Shown piece after piece: positions 38,961-52,262 of a DNA stretch of 64,000 nucleotides. The notes below the pieces were generated by a model that was not told where the DNA came from, ran no database searches, and saw only the letters and a program-made list of their open reading frames with translations. This DNA comes from Vicugna vicugna. Lineage: Eukaryota. The DNA lies in contig MU058781.1 in assembly GCA_013265495.1 (NCBI GenBank), positions 5,707,050 through 5,771,049 of the forward strand. The letters are read 5' to 3'. Within the stretch, counting starts at the first letter, position 1. Every line of letters starts with the position of its first letter. The position numbers were made by a program, and so were the translations under genes.

Positions 38961-39163
38961 CAGTGATTTTCAAATGTTTTTCTTTTCAGCCAGACCCTTG
39001 CCTTCAAATGGCATCTTATGTAGACACTTAAAACATAAAATAAATGAAGCTGAGGCTATTCACATTGAACTATTGGTTTCTCCATCCCCTCTCCACCCCC
39101 CATCACCACTGTGGACTTCTGGAGGCAGCCCCATGGGAGTTCAGGGGGCTTTGAGAAATCCTG
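38961..39163. mobile_element. Probable hAT-Charlie non-autonomous DNA element
   Basis: Imperfect terminal inverted repeats cagtgattttcaaa ... tttgagaaatcctg. Confidence 0.4.
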
Positions 39164-39736
39164 AGGCCACTGGAGAATGTGGTCTGAGAAGTCTGAGCCC
39201 CTTAACATGGTGTAAGGGACTGTCTACACCTTGCTCCTTTATGTCACAGCCTTATGAGCTCACCAACCCACCAGCCACATGACACAGCAAGTTATCAATA
39301 ATGGCGCACCAACTGTTTCCTGCATGCATTATGCACCACACTGTTTATTCCCCATGCTTTGTCCACGTGTCCCTCAGCAGGTGAGCCCTTCATATCCCTC
39401 ACTGACATGAGTGCCAGAACATCTCACAACTCGGCACAGCTGGATACTGTCTTAACTCCGCACACACATTCATTTCTCCCTCACCGTGATGGATGGTAGT
39501 TATTGTCTACGCGGCATTCCTGTAAACTAGCTTGTAAATAGGTCAAGGACAGAAAATACTGCATTTACAACTGTACAATTTAGCGCAGGTCCTGGCATAT
39601 AATAAGGGCTTCATAAAGGCTTGTTGAGTGAATAAATGAAGACAGATGGTTGGATGAATGACATGGCTTGAACCATTTTCATCAAACTCGTGGAAAACAT
39701 TCACATAAGAATACATATACATACACAGGTACACAC

Positions 39737-39898
39737 TTTTAAAATTGTGTCAAAATATACAGAGCATAAAATTTACCACCTTGGCCTTTTTTAAGTGCAC
39801 AGTTCAGTGGCACTTAAAAGTACATTCACACTGTTGTGCAACCATCACCACCATCATCCATCTCCAGAACTCTTTTCATTTTGCAAACCTGAAATCTG
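39737..39898 (-). mobile_element. L1 (L1MB-like) 3' end fragment
   Basis: aaaattgtgtcaaaatatacagagcataaaatttaccacc...gtacattcacactgttgtgcaaccatcaccacc...ctccagaactcttttcat. Confidence 0.85.
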
Positions 39899-42800
39899 GC
39901 AAATACATTGTAAAAAAAATTCTTAATAATGCAGTTTAATGAGCTTCGGTGTGGAATACCCGGCTTCTTCACTTCCCCTTCGCCCCACCTGCTGTCTATC
40001 TCACGCCTTCTCATCCACACTTGGGACCTTCCTTAGTGAGAAATGTGGTCACTGTGGTTGAGACGGATGGTCAATGAAACTCCTAGCGACCAGCTTAGCT
40101 ACCAGCTAGCAGTTTAGGCAGCTAGAAATGAATTTTCTGGATTTTTTTTCTTAAGCCCTCACTTATCTCTGTCAACAAGAACTGTTAGGAGTCAGCTTTC
40201 ACCCCAGGACTGGTTGGGGCTTCAAGGAAAGCACACCTTTGAGGAGCAGATGTGTGTAAGAAAGCTTGTGACTAACACCCATGGCTTATATGTGATGTCC
40301 ATGTGATTTTTTTCCCATATTTTAACGTTTCTGAACTTAGGACTTGTTTATATCTCATTAGCACATAAAAACGTGATAGCATTTCTTTTATTTCCCCAGG
40401 AGACTAATCATTAAATCGATGGTGCATCTTATCAGCAGATCAGAGAAATGAAAGCTGGTACCATATTTGTACAGGAAGACTTTTAGTTTAAAACGTTTGC
40501 ATATCACGATCACATTTTCAGTCTTACACTCAGAGGACTGTAAAGCAAAGTCAAGTAAAAGGACTTTAAAAGGGTGACAAGTCATTCTGGTGGCCGGTAG
40601 AGGCTGGCAGAGAGCAGCGGGTGACCTAGACGCCAGGCTGGGATCCGATGCTAACTGCTACCCCATGTGAGTCCCCACTGCTCTGGCCTCGGGTCCACCA
40701 CGTGTAAATCACATGGCGTAAATGAAAATTCAGACGGGATGAAGCTATTCCTGCCCTTCTTCCTGCAGCGGCAATCAGCAGCTGACTTTGCCACGAGTCC
40801 GCGTGGGGAAGGGCTGAAGCACCAGGCTGCTGTGCACGGCTGGTTGGCGTCCAGCTACTAGCAAGAGCCCCCCTGCTTCCACTTTTGTAGCTTCTGTAGC
40901 TCTAGCTGTTTTCCAGCCTGGATCACTGCTACTGCTTTCCACTTCTTATCAGCTCCCTACGTCCTCCCTCCAGGGAACCCAGATACTGAGCGAGGGGCCA
41001 AAACTCAGCCGGGCACAATCCCACGTTCGCCCTCTCGGCTGTGGTCAGCCTGTCGACGCCCATCAGGCCGGCAACCAGCCCTCATTTGGAAGAGGGCAAC
41101 GTGTCCACATCGGTAACCCAGATGTCAGCCTTCTTGCCTAGAGGATGCCCGTCAATTGTCATGCTGAACCAACCAGCACCATAAACCCCCAGACTTTATT
41201 TTTACCCCAAATTAACTAAACAGTGTGAAAAGGTCCCTTCTGGGTGTGCCTCGGGTTCTGGTATCAGTACTGTTTCTGAGTTTCTATCAGTAGATCAGGC
41301 TGGACACCCCAAACCTTTAAAAGTTAACAAGGGAAGGAACACCTGAGGGCTTCATAGGAAAGGGTAACTCCACCGGCTGCCTACTAAAGTGGGAAGTTAA
41401 ATACAGTGAGGAGACCTGGAGATCTCCCCGTCCCAAAGGTGGGGGGCAGATTTAATATGAACACAAGCCAGACTTGCTGAAAAAGCAGTCTCTGTTCCTC
41501 AACAAAACTGCAGTTGACTGTTTGCAGAGTACTCACATTTCCTGAATCAAGGTACCATAACCGACCCGTGTGCAGTCACGAGGCCCTTATTCCAAAAGCA
41601 CACCCAGGGAGAGAGCAAATTAGGGTCTCAGTGATAAGCTAAGATGATTGGGAACATATACTCCCAAGCTTCTATCCTTAAAACATTTACGTAATTTTAG
41701 TGTTGTTTCACCGACCAGACGAAGGGAGTTAGGAAAAAATCTCTGCTTTGTCATAAAAGCCCCCAAGTAGCCAGGCAGGGTGAATGATGTCCCAGAGGAG
41801 GGTGCACTGTCCCGTTTCCTCCCATAGGAAATCCTCCTCTTTTTGTGATTCTGCTTTTCACTTCATCTGCGGGACGGTGCCTCCTCCCAGGCTGAGCGCG
41901 TCAGGGTTTTGGCAGGGAACTGACTGAAAAATCTTGGCACGGGGTTCACTATAAGCTGAGTTACACAAGAATGGAAGAGCATTGGAAGACTTGGGAAAAC
42001 GAGAAATATTTCCAGGGTAACAGAGAGGTTTGGCCTTTTAGCTGATTTGTTTTCATTGATTCACATGCTATGATTCATCGTTTGGGTGACTGCGAGCAGG
42101 CAGTATCACTTCAAGCTTATTATTTTATTAAGTACCAAGTCCGATGAAGAAAGTGTCTTAAGGAAGATGGTCATTTGGGGATTCTAAGGATTTTTCTCCA
42201 GAGTGGCTTTATTTAATATTTTTACATGAGCAAAGCTGATCCCCTCCCCCCACCTTTTTAATTTCCAGAAAATAAGACATTTCTGTGTAGGTCAGGCCAC
42301 CAAGCAGGAGTTCAGAAAAGGACGGTTTTAGCCTTAATTCTTCCCCTCACTCCTAATTTAATGGTAGCCAAGACACTTCGATTCTCTGGAAAACAGAATC
42401 CGTTTATACACTGAGTTCAAGAATCTTGATGTTTTGCTCAGAAATGTTAGGAGGACTGATGAGTTAATGTCAGTAAATCACTTTGCAGTTCCCAGGTCAA
42501 AGATGTGAGACCACGATTCCTTGTTTTAGTGGAGTCTAAGTGATGAACTTGGTCTAGCAGGTCTAAGTAGGATACAAAACTTGGAGGTAAGAGAAATAAA
42601 AATTTTGCAGGTCTTACTTTTACCTAATTCCCTGCTATGCTAAGAAAGTAAAGGGCATGTCCATGATTATTGATAACATCATTCAATATCATGTAATAAA
42701 CTGATACAGCTAAAAATAAACACAAGGAGGGATGGACAGGCAAATGGCCAGCTAGAAACCAAACCCATATACTCCTACCAAGTTATATATTAAGGCTGCT

Positions 42801-43394
42801 TCTTTAGAACCCTCTTTTCCTTACCCAGATTACCACTGCAGAAACAGATCATCATGCTTTGAGACTCAGAATGTAATGGAATTTCTGAATCAAACCTATG
42901 AGATTTTTGGTTAAGAATGTGATAGATGTTTTTCCAATTTTTGAGGTAAGACAAATCTTAAGTTTAATATTTTTGCTATTCTTTCCTCTGCTGCCTAAAG
43001 TGATTTTAAAAAGTGTTCCTAAGTATTGTACTTAGAAATTCTCTGAACTTTAGAAGGTACTTGAAATTAATGAATAAATAAATGGATGTACAGATGGGTG
43101 AGAGGCATTACCCAATCGTAGCTCTGCCAAGTCAGAAGGAACCTTGAAAGGTTTCTCATCCCTTTAGGAAAGACTGAACTTCAAGGATGCAGGACAAGTA
43201 TTTTTCTTAACGAATATTTACGAGAAATGGGCTCAAACACAATTTTAGTGTTGAAGGACTTTTACTGTATGGAAGCTTTTCCTTAAGTCTATAAAGCCAA
43301 GTTTATAATATACCATGTATGCCTGAATACAAGGTAAGGTTTTTCCCAAATGTTTCTCCTCAGAAAAGACTGAGTTCCCTTACTTCGTGAGTCC

Positions 43395-43548
43395 ACAGAA
43401 AGCTTCTTATACCATTTGTTGCTCTCTTAAATATTTTATTTTAAACAACAAAGTACTCTTTATGGAAAATATGTTCTCTTGAAACCACCCCCATCAAAGC
43501 TAGTTTTGCATACTTACAAAAGTCACCTAACAAAATCCGCTGTGTTTG

Positions 43549-43585
<37 letters not shown>

Positions 43586-43814
43586 GAAGGAAAAAGATTT
43601 TGTTAACAGAAAGCTTCTTATACCATTTGTTGCTCTCTTAAATATTTTATTTTAAACAACAAAGTACTCTTTATGGAAAATATGTTCTCTTGAAACCACC
43701 CCCATCAAAGCTAGTTTTGCATACTTACAAAAGTCACCTAACAAAACCCGCTGTGTTTTTTTTTTTTTTTTTTTTTCTTTTTTCTCTTTTCAAGGAAGGA
43801 AACAGATTTAGCTA
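43395..43814. repeat. Tandem duplication of ~211 nt, each copy ending in a long poly-T
   Basis: acagaaagcttcttataccatttgttgc... starts at 43395 and again at 43606. The copies are nearly identical up to the poly-T and diverge after it. Confidence 0.95.
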
Positions 43815-44489
43815 GTAATTATTCTTGGGAGTATGACTTTACAGTTGCAAACATTGGGTGTCATTACAAATCAAAAAAGCATTTTAAAGATTGCTTTCTA
43901 AAGCAACGCAGTAAGTAGTTAAGTTGTATAGTTCATGAACACTCATTGAAAAAAAAGAGGAAAAAAATCTCTCAATTTTGTTTGGTACCTGTATGTTATA
44001 GTGGTGGTTCCCAATATATTATGTCTCCCTGAATCCATATTCACATTAACTGTGAGCTTGGCTCTGATTTCTTTGGGCCAGGAAGGTATTTAAAATGTAA
44101 TCAGTAGATACAGGGATGGGTGCCTGTGGCTTAGGATAAAGTTCCTGGTGAGAGCATCACACACAGATTCAAAATATATTGTATCTCAAGCGACACTGAG
44201 GTCAAGATAATGTGCTCTGGGAAAACTATTAGATGACTTATAAAGTGGTTCAAAAGATGATGAAGATGCTCGTACTGTAGATAAAAGTTGTAAATTCTCT
44301 CACAAAATATTACAGTAGAAAAAAAGGAACATTTTTAAGTGAATCTAACAATGACTTCAAAAAGGTTTGTGAGGCTAAATAGTTCAAGTACAAATCTGAT
44401 GCTTTTAACTAAATCTCTTAAAATGTTTACAGTCAAATTGGAAAAAACAAACATTGGAAGGATGGAAGATAGCTTAAATTTGAACTTAC

Positions 44490-46000
44490 ATGATATATCT
44501 CAGACCCAAACCTCTTCTTGGTCTGTAGACCTGAAATATCCACTAAAGAGAATGTCCCACCACGCACAGCCCTTAAGACAGCTACCATCAAAAACACAGA
44601 AAATCACAAGCACTAGCAAGGATGTAGGGAAACGGGAACTCTTCTGCAATGCTGGTGGAATGTAAAACGGTGTAGCTCTTGTAGAAAACTGTATGGTGGT
44701 TCCTCAAAAAAATTAAAAATAGAAATACCATATGATCCAGCAATTCCACTGCTGGGATTTCAAAGAATTGAAAACAGGAACTTAAACAGCTATTTGTATA
44801 CCCACATTCATAGCAGCATTATTCACAAAACCCAAAAAAGTGGAAGCAACTCAAGTGTGAATAAACAAAATGTGGCCTATAGGTGCAAGGGAATATTATT
44901 CAGCCTTAAAAAGGAAGGAGTTCTGACATATGCTACAATATGGATGAACCTTAGGAAAATTGTGCTAAGTGAAGTAACCGTTTGTCCTTTTGTGACCAAC
45001 TTATGTGATGTCTCCAGGGTCCACTTCTCTGAGGTATTTAGAGTAGTCAACTTCACAGAGACAGAAAGCAGAACACTGCTTGCCATGGGAAGTTACTGTT
45101 TGATGAATGTGGAGGGTCAGTTTTGCAAGATGAAGAGAGTTCTGGAGATTGGCTGCACAACATGTATGTACTTAACACTACTGAACTGTACATCGAAAAA
45201 TGATTAAGATGGCAAATTTTATGAGTCTTTTATGACAACTTTTTTTTAAATAAAAAAGAATGTTTCACGTACACCTTAAACTCAACATTTCCAAAACTCT
45301 GTTCTGCCCCTGTCCTCCCCATCTCCATGAAGGACACACTCATTTCCTCGGTTGCTCAAGCCAGAAATCGGGAAATGATCCTGGTAACCGCCTCCCTATC
45401 CTTCACCCACTTCAGATATCTACACGTTCTGCCCAGCGGACCTTGAGAACATACTGCTTCCTGAACCGTCGACTGCTCTCCGGTGTTGCTGCCACCACTC
45501 AAGTCCAAACCACCGTCACTTCCTCTCCAGCCAGTTACAAGTTTTCTGCCCCGCTTCCCTGCCTTTCTGACCGTCCTCCAATCCACCCTTATGTGACTTT
45601 CCAGGTACTTCAAATTAAATCCGGTCTCCTTGTCAAGTCCAAGGCTCTTCACTATCTGCGGTTTGCCAACACGAACTTCATCTCCGCCTCCTCTTCTTCT
45701 CACTAGCCCTGGCCTGCAGCCACACGGGTTCGAGGTCAGGTTCTTGGAATGCACCCAGCATTTCTCACCTCAAGGCCTTTGCATGTGCCATTTTCTCGGC
45801 CTCTCTGCAGTTTCATGTCTTCTCTTAAGCAAGGCTTTCCCTACCCACCCAAGCCATCGTGGGTCCATCCCTCCCACCTTGTTATTTTTGTCTCATGTCG
45901 CTGTTCTTTCCCCCTCATTTCTAATTATATTTCTTTACATGTTTATTGTCTGTCTCTTCCAGTCGACTATAAGCTCCTTGAGGGCAAGGGTTTCAATACT
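44490..46000 (+). mobile_element. L2 LINE interrupted by an L1 insertion
   Basis: L2-like agacctgaaatatccact...gaatgt before 44560 continues as cacgtacaccttaaactcaacatttccaaaact after 45260, through to gactataagctccttgagggcaaggg. Confidence 0.7.
44561..45257 (+). mobile_element. L1 (L1MB-like) 3' fragment
   Basis: ctcaaaaaaattaaaaatagaaataccatatgatccagcaattccact...atggatgaaccttaggaaaattgtgctaagtga...ttttgcaagatgaagagagttctggagat. Degenerate TSD agaatgtcccac / agaatgtttcac. Confidence 0.9.
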
Positions 46001-46299
46001 TGGCCTAAGTAAATAAAAAAATTTGTTTTTTTCTTTCTCTAGATGCTTCAGGTGTAAGGTCAGGTTGTTTGAGATTTTTCTTGTTTCCTCATAATATCAG
46101 AGAGAAAAAAGTGTTATGAAGAGAGCAAAGCAGGATCGGAAGCCTGGGGCGCTATTTTAAATAGAAAGCACGAGGACAGCCTCTCGTACGTGACCGGGGA
46201 GTGTTGTTCATCCAGGCCATCTTCCTGTTCAGACACACTCAAGAGCTCATTTTGACTCTCCTATTTATGGCAATTGTGCAACTAGGCTTCTAACCATCC

Positions 46300-46970
46300 A
46301 GGATTAAAACTCCAGCGTCCTTCGGGAAGCCCTCTGATCCTTGTTTCTCCACATCCTATGTCTTCTCTCTTCTCCCTGCTGCTAATTTTAATGTTATCTG
46401 TCCTATCAACTTCTTGTCTGGAAGCTGTTGTCACTCTCGACTCCAGTCTATCCTGTATCTGTGCCAGATTCATCTCCCCAAACTACAGTTTCAATCAACT
46501 TTTGTTTCAAAAATCTCTTGTTGCTGATGGTTCCTTTTTGCTTCCTGATTTAAGGCTGGCTTTTTCATCCTACACGGCCTGACAGTCCACAGTATCACTT
46601 CTATTTACCTTTTCAAGTGTATTTCACACTTTCCCCACCACCGGCAAATGGGCTGCTTCTTATTCCCTGGACATACACTTTGTTTTCCAGAATGTGTATC
46701 TGTGACCCAGTTGCCTTTGCCACACCTACCCATTCCTGTTACAGAGAACCCAAACCTCAAGTTCAATTTCAAAATCACCTTCTCCATGAAAAAATCTCCA
46801 CGCCTTCCCAATCAGAAGGGACAACTTCTATCTTCAGTGCCCTGAAGCACACTTTTACTTTGGCTGCACATTTCATCACATTCTGTCTTTTGCCATAATC
46901 ACTTGCCTACTTTTTCCCAGTCCCTTTTCAGAGCATAAGATTCTAGAGGACACAGACTGTCTACATCACC
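46300..46970 (+). mobile_element. L2 LINE fragment, decayed
   Basis: caagttcaatttcaaaatcaccttctccatgaaa...agagcataagattctagaggacacagactgtct. Confidence 0.55.
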
Positions 46971-46994
46971 TGCCACCTCCTTAACTCAACTGCT

Positions 46995-47145
46995 ATTTTG
47001 TTTCTTGAAGTCTGGTCCTTGGATAAGCAGCACTGGCATCACCTGGGAGCTTCCTAGAAATTCAAAATCTTGGGCCCTATTGGGTCAGAACCTGAAATTT
47101 AACAAGATCCCCAGGTGACCCCTACGCTCTCGATCAAGCTCACAC
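46995..47145. mobile_element. MER5-like DNA transposon MITE
   Basis: cagcactggcatcacctgggagcttcctagaaattcaaaatcttgggccc...tttaacaagatccccaggtga. Confidence 0.75.
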
Positions 47146-50100
47146 TAGCTGCTCATTTAATACTTGACTGGTTGAACTGACTAGGAAAATAAAAGTATCA
47201 AAAATAAAACATAATTTACACAATTCATTCACAGGTAACTGTGAGTGAATTATGCTTTTATCACATAAAATTACATTAAAATGATATAGTTAGCAGAAGG
47301 TTAACTCTACCAACCTTCTAAGTGAGGAAGACCAATTTTGCCTTGGTCAGCTGAGGTTTTGTAGTTTTATAAAGCTTGTCTACTTACGGGCAAGAAGCCC
47401 GCAGAGGACTTGCCCACTATCATCAATGGTATAATTTTCCTTTAATGCACTGGCTGGCCTTGAGGATATTTACTTCAAAGCTTTAAAGAGTCTTCTGCCA
47501 CCTCCAGTAGACTTGCAACAGATGTGCTACAGATGTAAGATGTATCCTCATTTGATGTACCAAGAGCCCTACTGTGCTGCTCTGTAACAAAGCTTTTGAG
47601 TTCCTCCTACGTGGTAGACAAAGCATAGCAAGGAAATACAGACTTAATATGACATGAACTCAATTCCTGCAAAGTATTGGTTTCGTTCCCTTGGGGATGA
47701 GAAGAGGTGGCAGTCGGGACCGGTCTCCCTAAAGGGCACCATGCCGGCCACTAGGGGGCATTCACATGGGAATCAAATTGTCCTGATTTCAGTAATTCAG
47801 AAAGATAGCTTGCATGGAATTTACAGGGCAACTGCTTCAGTCTTCCACTCCCCCTCATAAACCCACAGGGAGCAAACACCTTCAGTGATGTGGAATTATC
47901 CTTTATCTCCTCTATCTTGTAACAGGAGAGACAATAAGTGAGTAAGCTGGAGTCTACTGCAGGACTGGGGCTTGACAAAGGGCGTGGCCTGCCCGTTGCT
48001 CAATTTCTGTTATTCACATGTCTTCCCCCATTCACTCTTCCTTTCTCCCTCAGAACCATCTCAGCCACGCACAAAGCCAGAAATGCCCACCGTCCCTGGA
48101 CTGCTAACTCATGATCTCAGAAGTTCCAACTGGTAATATACCTGCTGCACAAATGTCTTTTGGGAGAAGCAAGGTCAGAGGGGCCTGGAGCAAACAGCAC
48201 TCACTATGGGAAGAGTCAGCAGAAGTGAAAGTAAATGGTCAGTCTCGGGCCAGAGCACTGCCTGAGTGGTCGGCCCATAACCAGAGGAGCCCCCCAGGCA
48301 GCCTGGCTTCCTTCTGCACCTGAGCTTCTACGGGTGGGGCTCTGACCTCGCTCCCTCAGCCCTCATCACGTCTCTCTAATCTTTGTGCAGACTCAAGGGT
48401 AGGTCTAATTACAGGGCAGGACGCCCTGAGGCAGCCAGGTGTTAGCTGGCGGCAGAGCACAGGCTTCCCTCCCCGTGGCCTCAGAGAGACTGGGATGCTG
48501 TTATCCTCAGAAGTCCTGACCACAGTTTTCATACTTCCTCAGAAAGCACCATTTGCTTGAGTATCTCTAAATACCTCCTGCTGAAGACGCGCTCTGCTCT
48601 GATGCTGTGGACCCAGGGAATGTATGACGATCACAGAACCAGGACACAGCCGGACATGACAACAGGAGCATCTCAGATCACCTCTCCACTCCACGGAAAG
48701 TGGTGCATTTTAAATTAAAAGGGAAGCATCTGCTTTGTTTACTCTTCTCTCAATTAGAAACCTGGACTCCATGGACACCCGCTTTTCAAATACTAAAATT
48801 TAGAAGAACAGTATTTAAGTTCTAAACATTGAAAAGGCACTCTTTTAAGACAGAAGCAACTTTAAAGTGCAAACCTCACCCCCTCCACCAACATGTCAAA
48901 AAGCCAAGAGGAACAGGATGGGCTGAGGAAAGTCTAAGGCTGGCCCTGGGACCTGCTTTCTCAGAGTTCTGCCTACAGGTTTTCAGACACCAAGAGCAGG
49001 AGTCCTGTGAGTCCGGGTGAGTGAGAGCCAAAGCCAGGGGCCGCAGCACGACTGGAATATGCATTAAAACAGTGATGGGAAAAGTGGCTTAGACCCCCTG
49101 CCCACGACGGCCACCACCTGACCAGAAACGAACAAGCATCACTTTCTAGGAATTTGTTAGTGGCTGTGGTCACACATCCTCCCTGAACTCAGGTTTCCTT
49201 TGACCAAATGTTACATAGCATCAATGTGGTTGAGAGGCCCCCGGGATTCACCATTGAAACAGAAGGCTTTGTAAGTGACGCATCTGGTCAGTATCTGTTT
49301 TTTGTTTGTTTGAGTTTTGGGTTTTCTTTTATTCTTTAAGCACATTTCAAAAGTTCAGCCAATGGTTAGGGAGATGTTTGGGGCACTGCGAATCCCCTCT
49401 CTGGCAATGGGGCTAATCTCACGTACAAGTTTTTCAGTCCCTGAGTTGAGAAGACAGATTAAATACCCAGCAACGTGTTTATCTTCATTAAACAGCGAAT
49501 GAGCTTTCAAAGGACATCCGACAGGACAGAGATTACTGTTCAAGATAATGGAAAGTGATCAAACGCCCAAGATGCTCTATTTAGCTTACTCTGAAGCCTG
49601 TTTCTGCTTGAGTTTCTCTGCAAAGCACATCAAAAGAATAGAGCTATCGCGGGAGACTCGAAACGTTTAAAGGCTTCTAGAAACAAGGGAGAAACTACGC
49701 TTGAAACCAGACAAGATGGGGAACAAAACAAAGGCGACTTCCACCTTCTCCCCGAAACATAGTATATCACAATCTATAAATAGCTCAGCCTCTCTGTTTA
49801 AATGTATACTCCTTCCCGACCCCAGGCAAGATCCAGGCTTCCCATCATCTTGCTATTTCAAAGAAATCTTACTTAAGAGGCAATCTTAACAAATCGTGGT
49901 GGTCTTATGGGTTTGTAAGAGGGCTTGAAATGACGAGGAATGCCAAGTATCTCCCATGCCAGGTGGGGCCCTACTCCTTGCTCAGTTTGGAGAAGGGGCA
50001 AAGCTTTCATAGAGAGCAGAAGTCCAGACGTCAACGAGGGCAAGCGGGGGATGGTCTACCCAAGGGCAGCGTCAGAAGGGCCAAGGGCATCTGGGGGAGA

Positions 50101-52029
50101 GGGACGATGCCTTGAAACCCTTCCCCTCTATCACTTTCTGCATCTCTGGCCAGAGGTGCCTGCTTCCCAGATCCACACGGAAAGCGAGGAAGAAAGGCAG
50201 GTGGTTAGGAGCTTTTTTCTCCCCTACTAGCACCTTCCCGGCTCCAGCCTATATTCAAGGAAGAGGGACCTGGGGCTGATGGACTCCTGAATCCCAGGGA
50301 CCCGGCACTCACTCTGGTTCCCGGGAGCTGAGAGTTGAGGTGTGTGAGCTCCACACAATTTAGCCTCCCTCGTCAGACTGTCCTCTGCCACTAGAGACAG
50401 GCGCCTATGAAAAGTGACACAGCCAGCCCCAGAAAGAAAAACAGGAATGCAATACATTGCTCCTCTCTCCCATCAAACTGCCTGCTTTCTTCTTTTCTCA
50501 CATCAAAACTGCCACTGTCCTGTCAGACCAAAAAGACAGAGAAAGAAGGCAGTGCTCAGGGGCCTCGTAAGGCCAGAAGAACTGCCAGCTTGCAAAAATT
50601 TGACCAACAAAATGTTCGTTACCACGCGGTTCCCAGAGCTGTGGGGAGTTTGTGTCTGATAGTGAGACAAGCCAGCAGGAGAGAGTGACAGTTCTCACGG
50701 TGTGGACGGTGAGCCCTCTCTTACCAGGGGCTAGGTGTGGCAACATTTAATTCTACTTTCTCGCCCACACTTAAACCACTTTATCTCCACTAGAGGGCCA
50801 GGATGGAGGTGAAATTTCAGCCTGATGACTCTGCGGCTGAATTAAGAACTGATCCCAAACTTTGGGAAGGCAGGGACGGAAGAGATGTGAAAAGGTTGGG
50901 GTTAAGACAACATTCAGTTACTCAAAGGGGACTTATCTTGGCCTAAGGCTATTCCCCAATTCTACCCAAGAAGACTCAACTCACAGAACACTGTTACTAA
51001 AATCAGCTCAAAAAATACAAAACAATAGGGCACCCCCAACAGCCTCCTGGGCTCAAAGAATCAGTTATCTCCCCAACTCCTTCCCTTGTTTATGTCCAAG
51101 CAATCGTCCTGTTTTGATCAACTCTTTGTCTTGTCGACCACATCGGCCCCTTCGTAATGCTCCCAGTTTTCAAAATCTTATCTCCTTCTGCCTGTAATCA
51201 CCTCCAGGGCCCCAGGCTCTGGTATCCAGGCCCACGAACACAGCTGTAAAGCTAATCTCACGGAGACATGGTTGGTTACGTCATCAGCTTGCTGAACATT
51301 CTCCAGTGATTACCAACCCCCAGTTGAGGACCCTGTCCCACAGCACTGCCCTGTCCTCACTGAAACAGGGACAGGCAGGGCACTCAGACCCCTCCTGTTC
51401 CACTACCCACACCCCCGCCCCAAACCAGAAACCAACAAGCTCCATCTCCTAGGAATCTGTTAGGAGCTGTCATCACAGGTCCCCCTAGCACTCAGGTTTC
51501 TCCTGATCAAATATTACATACGGAGACGTGGTTGAGAGGCCCCATTCTTTGGTCTGACACGTGCTATGCCCCCACCCCACCTGGCTACAGTAACCGCGGT
51601 ATATACTTACTGCTCTCCTCCTCACTAATTCATTTCCTCCTGTCTGCCATCCCCCGCCCCCAGCAAATCTCACAGTGAGCCCTGCACGCAGCCACTGGTT
51701 AACTCAGAACTGACGACTTAATATTTTCCCATTAGGAAAGAATCTCCCCAAACATAATGACAATTATTTACTTTCATTAACTAATACCCCTCTGCTGGCA
51801 CGGGATAATTAGGGATTAAGTGGAGAGCTGCCATAAGACCTGAGGGACTCATCTGGGGACTGACGTCAGCCACAGCCTCAGGATTCTGTCAACCGTGGCT
51901 AATCACAGGTTGGCCTGGTGACCATTTCTTACTTATTCGTGTTGATCCCAAAGTCTGTGGCCCTATTTAATAACATAGGCCTGGGCTTCTACAGGATTCC
52001 CATTCATCCATTTGTCCATTTATACAATC

Positions 52030-52262
52030 CTGAGAGGCAGCAAGGAATAACAGCCCTGGAAATAGACTATCTGGGAGACCGTGGGCTGGTCCCTGCCTCT
52101 CTCTATGCCCTAGTCTCCTCATCTGTAAAGTGAGAGTTAAGCGTATCTTGTAAGGGTGTTGTGAGAATTACACAAGCTCATATACGGAAGGCACTTAGAA
52201 AGTTATTTCAAGCACTAAGACAGCAGTACCTGGCATGTTGAAAGTACTTAGAATGCTAGTAC
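52030..52262 (+). mobile_element. MIR SINE
   Basis: ctagtctcctcatctgtaaagtgagag...agggtgttgtgagaattac...gcacttagaa...gtacctggcatg. Confidence 0.75.
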
